In this document: positions 12,769 through 25,398 of the stretch, piece by piece | Position numbering within the stretch: position 1 is the stretch's first letter | How the letters are laid out: each line of letters starts with the position of its first letter | Source of the DNA: Narcine bancroftii | Lineage: Eukaryota | Direction of reading: 5' to 3' | NCBI RefSeq assembly: GCF_036971445.1 | Contig: NC_091472.1 | Coordinates: 182,838,001-182,902,000, forward strand | DNA: 64,000 nucleotides | Position numbers and translations under genes: made by a program | The notes under the pieces: model-generated | What the model was told of the DNA's origin: nothing | The model's input: only the letters and a program-made list of their open reading frames with translations | Databases searched by the model: none

Positions 12769-14004
12769 GTACATAATTATAGTCAAATATTAGCCAAATG
12801 TTCTATTTTCCATCAAGCTACACAAGAACATAATATTGCCTTTCTTTGTGAAAGTATTATGTTTGTCAGAGACAAATTAATCAATTTTTTAAAAAAAACA
12901 TTAGGTTGGGTTGAGCTGATGAACAGTGAATTCCTCCCAGAAAAGTACCATTTAAAATCCAAATTGTCCTGACTTAGCAGCAAATATTAGGGAATGGAAA
13001 ATTATCCAAGATCCCTGCTCATGATTATAATTGTTCACTCCTGCAGGGATAGACCAATCACTCAAATGCAATGCTCCCTGTATTGCAGGGAGCAATATTT
13101 CTGACACCATAAATAAAATCTAAATCATGACCTTTTTGAGTTATTAAAATAAAATTGTTGCTAATGAATCTGTATCTTCAAGAAAGGGAGATAAATTATC
13201 AAAAAAGTAAACAAAAGCACGTACATATATGTAATATGCCATGAATTCTTTACAATGGAGATGGGTATTTGTGGAGCAAAAACTGGTAAACAAACTTTGG
13301 AAGTTGGAATTCTACATGAGTCACAAATACTTGTTAATAGAGTCACAAATACTGAAAAAGAAAAAAAAAAATCAAAATTTTCAAAAGCTCTGGGTCCAAA
13401 ATAAAAATGGAATGTGCCAGGAATACGACAAAATCTTTTGTGGTCAGGCTTAGAATACAACAGGCAAAAAGTAATTCAACACAAATTAGACCAAATAACA
13501 AACGATACTTAATATTCTGTGTTTGGCCAAAAGAAAGCAAAACATAATGAGTACTGACTTGGAAAAGTTTGGGAACATTAATATCCCAACACTTCTGTTC
13601 TTAAGTACATATGTAATTCCTCACATCTGCCATAACAGTTTTCATACCTTCCATTTTATACATCCATATTCAAAAAAATATCTGGTCATGGGACACATAT
13701 GGTATTTCCAAGCTTTGCCAATATGATCATGAATTAAAAACAGTTTTGATAACTAATATTATCTTGACTTTGACAATCAAAATTGGTTGTTTAATTTCAG
13801 CGCCTGAATATCAATCAGCAAGTTCATGATTTGACACTGTCTATCTCCTACGAATTTTTGAGTTAATTCACGAAATAACTATTCAACATTAATTCCTGGT
13901 TGTAGTTTATTATTTCTGATTTTAATGAGAACAAGTTATCTTCTGTTTCCAGGATTGATTGAAAATTTTCCAGAATCTGATATCACCTTTTTTTTTTATT
14001 TCAG

Positions 14005-14076
14005 CGCAAGTTCAAAACTGAAACAGAAATTGAAAACTGGATCCAGAAGTATGATGCTGACATACAAGAAAAACAG
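14005..14076 (+). CDS. IQCD: IQCD coding exon 3
   Basis: tttcag|CGC...CAG|GTAT; 72 nt; RKFKTETEIENWIQKYDADIQEKQ. Confidence 0.93.
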
Positions 14077-14554
14077 GTATTTTTTTTTTCACTCATAGGA
14101 GATCCTAAAGAAATGTTCTCATATCTGTACAACAATTACAAAACTTCAAGGAAAATTGGGCATATCAATAACTGCTGACTTTACTGGTAATGCCCTACAT
14201 CTCATAAATTATTTTTTTTGTAAAAGAACTATCTCGTAATTTACCTCTCTGTTTAGAAGCATTAAATAGTCATCTAGCTATACATCACAGAAAGGGAATT
14301 TTTGACCCAGCTCACCTGTGGCGACCAAGATGCCTACTTGTACGAGTAGGTCTCTCTTTTCTACGATATCTGACAGGATCCTGCCATTCACTGAATGTCT
14401 TTCACTTTTAACTTTCCAATGTATAATACTTAACATTCTTTTAATTAAATATGCAATATTAAATCAATATAAGTAAATGTTCAAGGAAGGTAACTACCGT
14501 CATCACAAATAGGACATTTAACATTATTGAATGGGAATCTATTTCCAAACACTT

Positions 14555-14675
14555 GAAGCGCACGATTGAATCACCTGAATTGGAATATATTCAGGTTGTA
14601 CAAGGCAGGAAGGACAAAGGAAACGAAGGCCAAAAAGGTTAAAAATACCTCATGGGATAAGCAGCTGTTATCATC
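14555..14675 (+). pseudogene. Decayed partial duplicate of the IQCD last exon, in the preceding intron
   Basis: gattgaatcacctgaa...attcaggttgta...tacctcatgggataagcagctgttatc aligns with about 15382-15500. Confidence 0.8.
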
Positions 14676-15314
14676 TTGGTTTTTCAAATGTGGTCACACC
14701 AACATCTTGTACAACTGGTAACATGATGTCCCATCTCTTGTCCTCATTGGCCTGTCAAATAAGTTCTAGAATTTCAATTGTCAATTCATTGTGAAAGGAA
14801 GGCCACAAAAAAATGGCATGTGGTTTTATTTTTGGCAACACTCTAATTCTGGTACCAGAGAGGTAAGTGCAGGATAGTAAAAATTTACTTTATATTGCTT
14901 GCTTGAATTTCTGTGAAGCATGTGATTTTGAAAATAATTATTAAAAGGGAGATATGTCTGCTAACGAAACAATTGCTGGAGGAACTTTACACCATCATGT
15001 CCTCTGTGTTATCCAAGGGATTTATCCTGCCTGTTAAATCAAAAGTGGTAAGATATGCAGAACAAATTTCGGGTAAGCAGAATCAGAGAATCGGATGTTT
15101 TGAACTTTAAACTACAGTGACCCATTTTGAGGATGTTCCTTAAAGTTGGTTTAAATTGTAACCAAAAATAAATCACACAAAAAGCTAAATTGATGTTAAA
15201 TTTTGAATAAAACATCCATTTTGCAATATTGTATTTAGAAAACAAATCAACGTTGAATGCCATGTTAATAATGAATAATTATGAAAATGGATTTAAATTA
15301 TTATTTTCTTCCAG

Positions 15315-15596
15315 GATGAATATGTACAGCTTGTTAAATTGTATAAAGATGAAGGTGCCCTGCTCTTTGAATTAGAAGATAAGATTGAATCACTTGAAAC
15401 AGAATACATTCAGGTTGTAGAAGAAAGAAAGAGAAGAGCAGAGGAGAGAAAAGCCAAAGAGGAGCAAATGTACCTCATGGGAAAAGCAGCTGTTATCGTC
15501 CAGGCTTTCTGGAAAGGTTACAAAGTCCGCCAATTGATGAAATCATTCAAGAAAAATAAAAAGAAAAAGAAAAAGGGGAAAGGGAAAAGAAAATAA
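15315..15596 (+). CDS. IQCD: IQCD last coding exon (IQ motif, Lys-rich tail)
   Basis: ttccag|GAT; IQ motif AAVIVQAFWKGYKVRQ; TAA ends at 15596; AATAAA at 15621 and 15726; joined CDS 1308 nt = 435 aa. Confidence 0.93.
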   Translation, partial: DEYVQLVKLYKDEGALLFELEDKIESLETEYIQVVEERKRRAEERKAKEEQMYLMGKAAVIVQAFWKGYKVRQLMKSFKKNKKKKKKGKGKRK

Positions 15597-16054
15597 AAAG
15601 TAACTGAGGGCAGATTGAAAAATAAATGTAATCCATCTTCCCAAGATTTATTGCCAATTATTGAAATATTTCCTTTGTTAAAATATTGTTTGCATAAATA
15701 ACATTTTGTAGCTTCCAAAATTTAAAATAAACTTTTGTGTTCTCTGTGTGCACATGTGTTTATAAAACAGTGAGGTGAAAAATACAATGAACAGAATGCT
15801 GGAGCATCTCAGCTGATCAACACCATCCGCCCAATTTAAATGTGTACATTGACATTTCATATCTTCAACATTACTGTACCTTTTGCCTCTGCAGATTCAA
15901 CGTGACCCGCTGCATTCTTCAACATTGTTTTTGTTCCAGATTCAAGTATTTGCAGACCGGTTTATCTCCTGAAATATACTTCTTTCTGGCTGCACCTTCC
16001 TCTGTGGAGGTCCGTCTCAAACTTCCTCTGCTCAGAGTTCATAGAATTAACCCT

Positions 16055-16700
16055 CGACTTCAAGATTCAATTTATCGTCATGTAATAAAGGTGGTGCAAT
16101 ATTACTTGGAATTTGTTTTTGTCCACTAAGGTAGACCAATTCAACATTGGCAGAAATAGCCTTAAGCGTCTCAAAGAAACAAAAATGTCCCCTCGGTCAC
16201 CGAGTGACCATGGATTCGCATCTAGCACTTCCACAGCCCCCACAGCCACACACAGAGTCCAGTCCACATCAGCAACCCAAGCTCCAGACCCTAATAATCG
16301 ACACACTCAGGAACCCTTCAGCATCATTGGCACCCTCTCGCATTCCAGTTCTGGTACCTGATACCTCACTGGTCCGCTGCCATAGACACTATCCCATGGG
16401 TCATCTCCTCTATTTCTCCTTCACAAACGGGTGGTCTCCCTATTTTTTTTGGTACCCTACACCAATCCTCTGCTTCCCCAGAGTCTGCTTCCCCAGTCCT
16501 CTGCTTCTCCTATGCTGCCGATCATAGGACCTGCCATCTTTGTTGCAGACCCCATGGTCGTAGTATTTTTAAATAAAACCACTGTCTGCTCCATTTACAG
16601 GCCATTTAAAGCATGTATGGAGCTGACGGCTGTTGCACTGTGGTTGGACCCTGAAGGAGTGCTGTGACGCCGCTCTCCGCGGGCCCGCACCAACGACAGT
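16055..16700 (-). repeat. Unclassified interspersed repeat, related copy at about 36565-37230
   Basis: Shared blocks ttcaagatt..tttat..gtca, cccagtcca, caggaacc.ttcag, aggccatttaaagc, gttggaccctg. Confidence 0.55.
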
Positions 16701-17907
16701 GTTGCCGTTACAGCAGCTCTGGCAGTGGCACCATTTTCCAACTCGAGATTTAATCGCTGAGTTCGTGGATAAAACACAAACGTGCTGAGCTGTGGGACTG
16801 ACATACTTCACAACAGTCTAATTCTGGCATTTTGTCGTAAGTCCCAGTACATTGGGTTGAGAAAATGCTATATTTTTCTTCTACATAGCTGCTTTTTAAT
16901 TACCCACTGACATGATGGGGAAAAAAAACAATCATATTTTACCATTCTAATAATATTGTCAAATTTTTAAAACTATATTATTTTAAATTTGTAAATCTGA
17001 AAGGATTTGTATAACCTCTGGGATATAAAATGATGTAAAAGACCTGGGCTTAAGTGAGGCTTTAGCAGGAAGTCCATTTCACGCTGTGCAAATATGCTTT
17101 GCTCCCAAGTCTAGTTTTTATTTATTTTTTTGTTAATTTGTTCACCAATCCAGTGAACAATGACCCCAGTCTCAGTGATTTTCCCACCTTCATGCCAAGC
17201 CTTGATGAGGTATCCACAACAGCTCGGGGCACAGCTTGGATTTCTCAGCCAGAGCATAATCCTGTGAACATCAATAGGTTTCAAGGGAATTGAGAGATGC
17301 AGTTAGCAATGAAAACTGGTGCAAGCCAGCTCTATGATTTTATGAAATGACAGCTGGTATAAGGGGCCAAATGATCTATTCTTGTTTCTAATTTGTTCTT
17401 AAAGAGCTAACAAAACATGTTTAGTATAAGCACAGAACCTTATACTAAACAAAACAATAATGAATGTACTTTGCTAAACAAATATTATCTACAAAGTGAT
17501 TCAATTAATTGGATTTAATAGTTTTCTTGAAATTTATATATTAGTCAACTTTATCAGAAAAATGCAGATTATGTTTCAATAGATGCAAAATATATCATAG
17601 ATCCATTCTGAAAAGTATAGGAAGGCCACAAACATCAGAATATAACTTAAAAGAAAAGCTACAGTTGCAATTAACTTTCCATTTAGATGTTTCAGTTGTT
17701 CCAGACTCCCAAATGCCTTCTAATCAATATTGGCAAGGTCAGCAGATACAATGCACACATGGAGGCCCCACAAACAATACTGCAGTAATTATCAGAGAGA
17801 AAAATTACTCACTGATATTATTTGCACAAGCAGAAGGACCTTAGTTTTAATGTCTTTTATAAAATCTCACACCATTGAAAGTACTGGTTTCCTTCAGTAC
17901 TGTTTTT

Positions 17908-18297
17908 CTTTCTTTGGCTTGGCTTCGCGGACGAAGATTTATGGAGGGGTAATGTCCACGTCAGCTGCAGGCTCGTTTGTGGCTGACAAGTCCGATGCGG
18001 GACAGGCAGACACAGTTGCAGCGGTTGCAAGGGAAAATTGGTTGGTTGGGGTTGGGTGTTGGGTTTTTCCTCCTTTGTCTTTTGTCAGTGAGGTGGGCTC
18101 TGCGATCTTCTTCAAAGGAGGTTGCTGCCCGCCAAACTGTGAGGCGCCAAGATGCACGGTTTGAGGCGATATCAGCCCACTGGAGGTGGTCAATGTGGCA
18201 GGCACCAAGAGATTTCTTTAGGCAGGCCTTGTACCTCTTCTTTGGTGCACCTCTGTCTCGGTGGCCAGTGGAGAGCTCGCTATATAACACGATCTTG
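17908..18297 (-). mobile_element. RTE LINE 3' fragment
   Basis: ORF 17961..18290 matches the RTE C-terminus including the zinc finger. Confidence 0.95.
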
Positions 18298-19100
18298 GTA
18301 ATGAAGAATCAACATTACTTACGGTCTCTGATCAGCATTGAGGATTGATACTTTTCCCAGAACCTGATAAAAACAGAACCATAAACTGGCAGACTGCTTT
18401 AAACCAAGCAAAAGTGACCTCTTGTCTCTTATTTAGGCCAAACCAATCTAACAGATTATTGTTGGACTGCATTTATCATACAGTGAATTATAACCCAATA
18501 GTTATGCTTGTATTTAGCTCTTGCACATTTTCTATCCAGAAGTTGCAGTCTGCAAACAGTCTGAACAGTACACAATGAAGTTCATCATGTGGGCACAACA
18601 ATTCAAAATGGAGCATGGTGTCTAAGAGGTGTGTCTATTTGACCATCTCCTTACAGGTCAACTTGCCTGGATAGCATGCTAAATGAAGTTTTTCATTATA
18701 TATTGCATGGCGTGACAATAAACAATTCATTTCTGCTGAAAAAATAACCCTGACAATCTGGACATCTGGGCATCCTCTCCAGTTCAAGCAGAATTGTAAA
18801 CACCAAAAACAAAATATTTCTTCAGCTCCAGTCAGTTACCATTGGCTCAATATTCATAATGCCACCGCACTTATTAATATGCCTAGTGTCAGATCAAAGA
18901 GCTTCTCTGAGCCCAGTGTTGGATATCAAACACAACCACAATCTCTCTTTCTGTACATGCTCAGTAATGCTGTAATTGCTTTCAGTTATGAGTAGGTACT
19001 GCTTCACCTATTAACCAAGGTCAAAATTCCTAGGTTTTCCATTGTTTACAAGATATTTCAATTTGTTTTGGATTCCAAGTGTATATCAGGATTCCAGGTA

Positions 19101-19307
19101 CTGTATATCCCACTTTTTGAATACGCACTTTACGCAAATGTGCTTTTACGAAGAAATCTGTGTTTGCTATCTGAAAGAACCGTGAATGGGTTTTTACTTT
19201 TACAAAAATAGCCTTTAATAATAGTGAATGGGTCTTTGCCTTATGCCATTTCAACTTACGAAAGGTTTCATAGGAACGCTCTACTTTCGTAAAGCAGCGT
19301 ATACATG
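19101..19307. mobile_element. Tc1/mariner (Tigger-like) MITE downstream of the RITA1 stop
   Basis: TA left flank, degenerate TIRs, repeated tttacg/ttacgaa subterminal motifs. Confidence 0.45.
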
Positions 19308-19432
19308 TGATCACGTGCAATATTTTCTTCGTTTTTAGGAATCCAAAAATATATTTCCTTTCCTGCTCCAAAATGTCTTCCAAACATCTGTTCTCTTTTT
19401 TTTTTGCCATAATTTCCAAAAGCAAAACAGCC

Positions 19433-20000
19433 TCAGTATTTCCAAGGTGGATTCAATTTGACAGAACTTCTTGTCTTGAGTCGATTGGCTGTGACAGAAC
19501 CTGAAAGACTACCTGATCTTGGTTTATAGCAATTCTTTGAATCGGAAAGTCCAGTAGTAGCAGAAATTGGTCTACCCCGCAACTGTGTAATATTCCTGGG
19601 ATCATTCTGTGTTGAATCTCCCTTCACCATCTCTTTTATGGAAATGTGCATCCTAGTCAAAGACTGTGATCTTCTTCGAATTGGGGTGTCATTAGGGGAG
19701 GCATTATTACTATCTGGCCTTTTCCAGTAATCGGTTTTCCCTTTATATTCGGTAATGAAGTTAAAAGATTCTCTGGTACTGGGATAAAGCGATTTCATTG
19801 GATTTTGTCCAGCAGACATTAACTGGTTACTGCTAGAACGAAATGCATTTGAGCTAATTTTGTGCAGTGAAGGAATCCACAGGAGTGGACACATTTTCAT
19901 TTTGTCATGCTCTGCAGTCCACGGTGACTCCAAGCCTGCATCATCTTGCCTTGGACCAAAAAGAGACTCATCACAGTAGCTGGGTTTACAGCATTTTAAT
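19433..20000 (-). CDS. RITA1: RBPJ-interacting and tubulin-associated protein 1, last coding exon
   Basis: Acceptor tttaactaag| at 20001; PSYCDESLFG repeat, LLWIP motif, RSQSLT, C-terminal PPWKY*; 568 nt. Confidence 0.92.
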
Positions 20001-20968
20001 CTTAGTTAAAGAAAGAAATAAAAATAATTAATATATTAAATACAACAAAGATTTATTAAATGCACCCCATCATGTCACTTATTATTGTAACTTTCCAATT
20101 GATTATGCATCATTTAACTTATTTCTTTAAGTTTCACTTTCTAATGAAATAAAATGCTCTACAAAATTGCTTCTTCAGGTCATGTTAATATTTTCTAGGA
20201 CCATTAACAACACAAAGCCTGCATTAATGAACTACATAATGTAGCAAGAGTACTCAATATCACTGCCCTCAAGGTATTATAGTCTATTTCTACGATATGA
20301 AAGTCATTTTAATTGTAAATCTAATTCACCATAGTTTCATTTGTGTAATTACCATGATTCACAGCTCATACACACAGGCAACTGTTCAACTATGACAGCC
20401 ACATCTCACAATTACATTGCACATCACCCTTGAACAGAACATCGATGTTGACAGGTGGCAACAGTATATCAAGATTAATGAATGGAGTCATATTTAAACC
20501 AAATGTTGCATAAATCACTACAACATTTGTCAAAACTGCTAATTTTTTTTAAATATAAAGATTACTTTTAAATCTAAAGAATAGTTGATAAATTTGTTTC
20601 AAATGATTTGGCTGTTTTCCCATTACCTATGCTTTTATCCTATAATATACTGTATAGGGAGTATCCACATATGATCAGAAAATAGGTGTTTCTATTAATC
20701 CATGCTAGTTGAGAGTTTTCCAGGCAGTACATTAAATTCCTGCTATGCAAGTCAGCCCTCAGATTTAATATTTCTTGTCAGAGTACATACAACCCTGAGA
20801 TTCTGTTTCTTGTGGGCGAGGCCAAATGACCACTTATTGGTAGTGCAATTAAATTAAAGTGGCCCTCCCTGGGATATTCATTGGCTGCTGCAGCAGAGGA
20901 ATGATATCACAATAAGCCAATGCTTAATACTACTTCAAGTCAAAATATGCTTTTTAAAAGGAAAAGGG

Positions 20969-21621
20969 TGTCGTATGTGGAGGAAACATGATCTCCCTGT
21001 CTGGAATGTATATTGCAGGTGGTCACCTGTCCTCCCTATCTGAAACTTATTTGGAAGTCACCAGTCAATCAAGATTGGACTCCGTCCACCCATTAGTGCA
21101 CACCTTGCCATTGGCTAATTTAAATAACCTAGGGTTATTAATGGCTAGAAGCACAGATTAGCACTGTATCTAGTACCAACTCACAGCACATTCTTTCTCT
21201 CTGTCTTGTGGCCCAAGCCCCTGACAATGCTCCATGCCAGGTCACTACTGTGGACATCACTGGAAATGTCATGGGTAAGGCAAGCACTACACTTAAGGTG
21301 AGTTGTAGTATTGCGATAAATCAAAACTTGCAGAGAGCTGCACCCCCATTAGTACAGGTAACCGAGTGTGTGTGTATGAGTTCCTGTTTGTAGTGTGTGT
21401 ACTCAAGTGTGAGTGTGTTGAGTATATAGGTTCACTATTGTTGGAATCCAACCTAGGTCCGAAGTGAATGTCTATATCGTTGAATACTATTTCGATCAAT
21501 TGAAATAGTATTCAAGTACTGTTTGATGTTCTCCCCTGTTGGTCTCCTGTGTGTTAATTAAAGTTGCGTGTGTTTGTAACATTTGTGTCCAGACTTCTCT
21601 CTCTGAACCTGATACACAAAA
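20969..21621 (+). mobile_element. Solo LTR
   Basis: TGT start; 5-bp TSD aaggg at 20964-68 and 21622-26; ATTAAA near the 3' end. Confidence 0.65.
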
Positions 21622-22969
21622 AAGGGTTCAGAATTTGTTGATATTTTGAGCAATGGTTGAATATACAAAGGAAAAAAAAAACTAAAGACACTGGAAGCTT
21701 CAGTACAATAAATAGAAAGGAGGAAATAAATCTTCCATTGACATTATGTGGGGGGAGGTGTAGACAGTTCCGAAAGTTGTGGTCAGAATTAAATTCTATG
21801 CATTAGTAACTTCATACAAGTTGTCAAGGTGAAAGATCATTTTCAAATAGCATAACAGATAAACTGCATTAATTACCTTATGTACTGCTTAGCTCACTAC
21901 AACCCTATAATTAACCAAATCCTGCTTGACCTCACCATCACGCATTTAATACTCTGGTAAGGCTCATACCCAAATTTCCTGTTCACAGACACAGCCAGCG
22001 ATGCAACCATAACAAGCACATTATTCCAAAATTGAATGACCCCCATTTTCTTTTTTAAAGATGTGCATAACAGGAAGCAGGCAGTAAAGAACTAGAAGAA
22101 CAAGCCGTCCTTAAAGGCAAAAATGGCCATCATGGGAATGGATAATTACAAGAGTGATCAGTTTATTTTTGTGTCCACTTCAGCATAATAAATGCTTGTG
22201 ATTTTTAATTTTGCATTTGTTACTCAGAGGACAATTAATGTTGAAAAATAAGGGAAATGGGATTTTTTATGAAAGGGGTATTGTGGTTGAGGTCACCGGT
22301 TCTGTACACAAATTATTCACACAGCCAGAAGGCTGCAAAAAGTACTGTGTTGACATGAAATGCAGCTTCCTCTTTCTGCTACTCCATTTCCTCTTGAGTT
22401 TTTCATCTGATGGGTACCAGCCAACAGTCCAACACACCTTGAACAAAATCCTGAAATCAGTTTAAGTAGCATCTATACTTTTATTTGAAACATTAATTCT
22501 ATTTCTCAATCTACAATTAACACCTCACCCGAGTAGTTCCAGAATATTCTGCTTTTAGTTCGGATATCTAGAATTTATTCTACTTTATCTTAGGGCCACA
22601 CATCAGCCAATGAGCTGAAGCATTGTTTGAAGAATGCCATTGATAGGTTGGTGACGTATCTTTACCTTTGCTACATAAAGACACTGTTTGACCTGATAAA
22701 TTTCTCCAGCATTTGTGTGTTTTCTCACTTAACCACGGTGTCAGCAGAATCCTGTTTTACCATTGATATGTTCTATTTGCCTACTTTGTTTATGAGTTCT
22801 GGATTAGAGTCATCTCGAGTCACTGAATAGCCCCTATAACTAGTCGTCTTGTTTGAGCTCCCATGGTAGGTAGTTTAACAGCAACAGATGCTATTGCTTC
22901 GATAACAGGCATTCACTGCCAATAATGCCAAAGACCTGAAAAGGAACAAGTGTCTTGTCAATGACATCA

Positions 22970-23340
22970 ATAGACAATGAACAATAGGGGCTGGAGTAGG
23001 CCATTGGCCCATGGCGCCAGCACCGCCATACATTTAGATCATGGCTGATCTTCCACTATCAGTACCCTGTCCCTACCTTCTCCCCATAACCCTTAATTCT
23101 CCTGTCCACAAGAACCTTATCGAATTCCCTCTTGAACTTATCCAGAGAACCTGCCCCTACCACCCTCTGCGGCAAAGCATTCCACAGACCAACAAATTGG
23201 GTTACAAATTTCTTTTCCTCTCTGTCCTAAAGGGCCTTCCCTGTAATCTTAATCTGTAGGCCTCTAGTCCTAGTCTCCCCCAACATCGGGAACATGTAAT
23301 CAGTTTCTATGTTGCCCAATCCCTTAATAATCTTATATCT
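22970..23340 (-). mobile_element. CR1 LINE 3' end
   Basis: YKIIKGL...FPMLGETRTRG on minus; gacaat-like tail. Confidence 0.8.
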
Positions 23341-25398
23341 TTGGCTTGGCTTCGCGGACGAAGATTTATGGAGGGGGTAAAAAGTCCACGTCAGCTGCAG
23401 GCTCGTTTGTGGCTGACCAGTCCGATGCGGGACAGGCAGACACGATTGCAGCGGTTGCAAGGGAAAATTGGTTGGTTGGGGTTGGGTGTTGGGTTTTTCC
23501 TCCTTTGCCTTTTGTCAGTGAGGTGGGCTCTGCGGTCTTCTTCAAAGGAGGCTGCTGCCCGCCAAACTGTGAGGCGCCAAGATGCACGGTTTGAGGCGTT
23601 ATCAGCCCACTGGCGGTGGTCAATGTGGCAGGCACCAAGAGATTTCTTTAGGCAGTCCTTGTACCTTTTCTTTGGTGCACCTCTGTCACGGTGGCCAGTG
23701 GAGAGCTCGCCATATAATACGATCTTGGGAAGGCGATGGTCCTCCATTCTGGAGACGTGACCCATCCAGCGCAGCTGGATCTTCAGCAGCGTGGACTCGA
23801 TGCTGTCGACCTCTGCCATCTCGAGTACCTCGACGTTAGGGGTGTGAGCGCTCCAATGGATGTTGAGGATGGAGCGGAGACAACGCTGGTGGAAGCGTTC
23901 TAGGAGCCGTAGGTGGTGCCGGTAGAGGACCCATGATTCGGAGCCGAACAGGAGTGTGGGTATGACAACGGCTCTGTATACGCTTATCTTTGTGAGGTTT
24001 TTCAGTTGGTTGTTTTTCCAGACTCTTTTGTGTAGTCTTCCAAAGGCGCTATTTGCCTTGGCGAGTCTGTTGTCTATCTCATTGTCGATCCTTGCATCTG
24101 ATGAAATGGTGCAGCCGAGATAGGTAAACTGGTTGACCGTTTTGAGTTTTGTGTGCCCGATGGAGATGTGGGGGGGCTGGTAGTCATGGTGGGGAGCTGG
24201 CTGATGGAGGACCTCAGTTTTCTTCAGGCTGACTTCCAGGCCAAACATTTTGGCAGTTTCCGCAAAGCAGGACGTCAAGCGCTGAAGAGCTGGCTCTGAA
24301 TGGGCAACTAAAGCGGCATCATCTGCAAAGAGTAGTTCACGGACAAGTTTCTCTTGTGTCTTGGTGTGAGCTTGCAGGCGCCTCAGATTGAAGAGACTGC
24401 CATCCGTGCGGTACCGGATGTAAACAGCGTCTTCATTGTTGGGGTCTTTCATGGCTTGGTTCAGCATCATGCTGAAGAAGATTGAAAAGAGGGTTGGTGC
24501 GAGAACACAGCCTTGCTTCACGCCATTGTTAATGGAGAAGGGTTCAGAGAGCTCATTGCTGTATCTGACCCGACCTTGTTGGTTTTCGTGCAGTTGGATA
24601 ATCATGTTGAGGAACTTTGGGGGACATCCGATGCGCTCTAGTATTTGCCAAAGCCCTTTCCTGCTCACGGTGTCGAAGGCTTTGGTGAGGTCAACAAAGG
24701 TGATGTAGAGTCCTTTGTTTTGTTCTCTGCACTTTTCTTGGAGCTGTCTGAGGGCAAAGACCATGTCAGTGGTTCCTCTGTTTGCGCGAAAGCCGCACTG
24801 TGATTCTGGGAGAATATTCTCGGCGACACTAGGTATTATTCTATTTAGTAGAATCCTAGCGAAGATTTTGCCTGCAATGGAGAGCAACGTGATTCCCCTG
24901 TAGTTTGAGCAGTCTGATTTCTCGCCTTTGTTTTTGTACAGGGTGATGATGGTGGCATCACGAAGATCCTGAGGCAGTTTACCTTGGTCCCAACAAAGCT
25001 TGAAAAACTCATGCAGTTTGGCATGCAGAGTTTTGCCGCCAGCCTTCCAGACTTCTGGGGGGATTCCATCCATACCTGCTGCTTTGCCACTTTTCAGTTG
25101 TTCGATTGCCTTATATGTCTCATCCAGGGTGGGAACCTCATCCAGCTCTAGCCTTAGGGGCTGTTGAGGGAGCTGGAGCAGGGCGGAATCTTGGACTGAG
25201 CGGTTGGTACTGAAAAGAGATTGGAAGTGTTCTGACCATCGGTTGAGGATGGAGATCTTGTCGCTGAGGAGGACTTTGCCGTCTGAGCTGCGCAGCGGGC
25301 TTTGGACTTGGGGTGAGGGGCCGTACACAGCCTTTAGAGCCTCGTAGAAACCCCTGAAGTCGCCAATGTCCGCGCTGAGCTGTGTTCGTTTGGCGAGG
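23341..25398 (-). mobile_element. Young 5'-truncated RTE-clade LINE with uninterrupted RT and C-terminal zinc finger
   Basis: Open frame with NYRGITLL, QCGFR, FVDLTKAFD, GVKQGCVLAP, LFADD, YLG, CxxC...HxxxC; endonuclease domain absent. Confidence 0.97.

Noticed and set aside
19030-19425. 131-aa ORF just after the RITA1 stop as a second cistron
   Set aside because: Largely spans a MITE-like insertion and has no recognisable motifs
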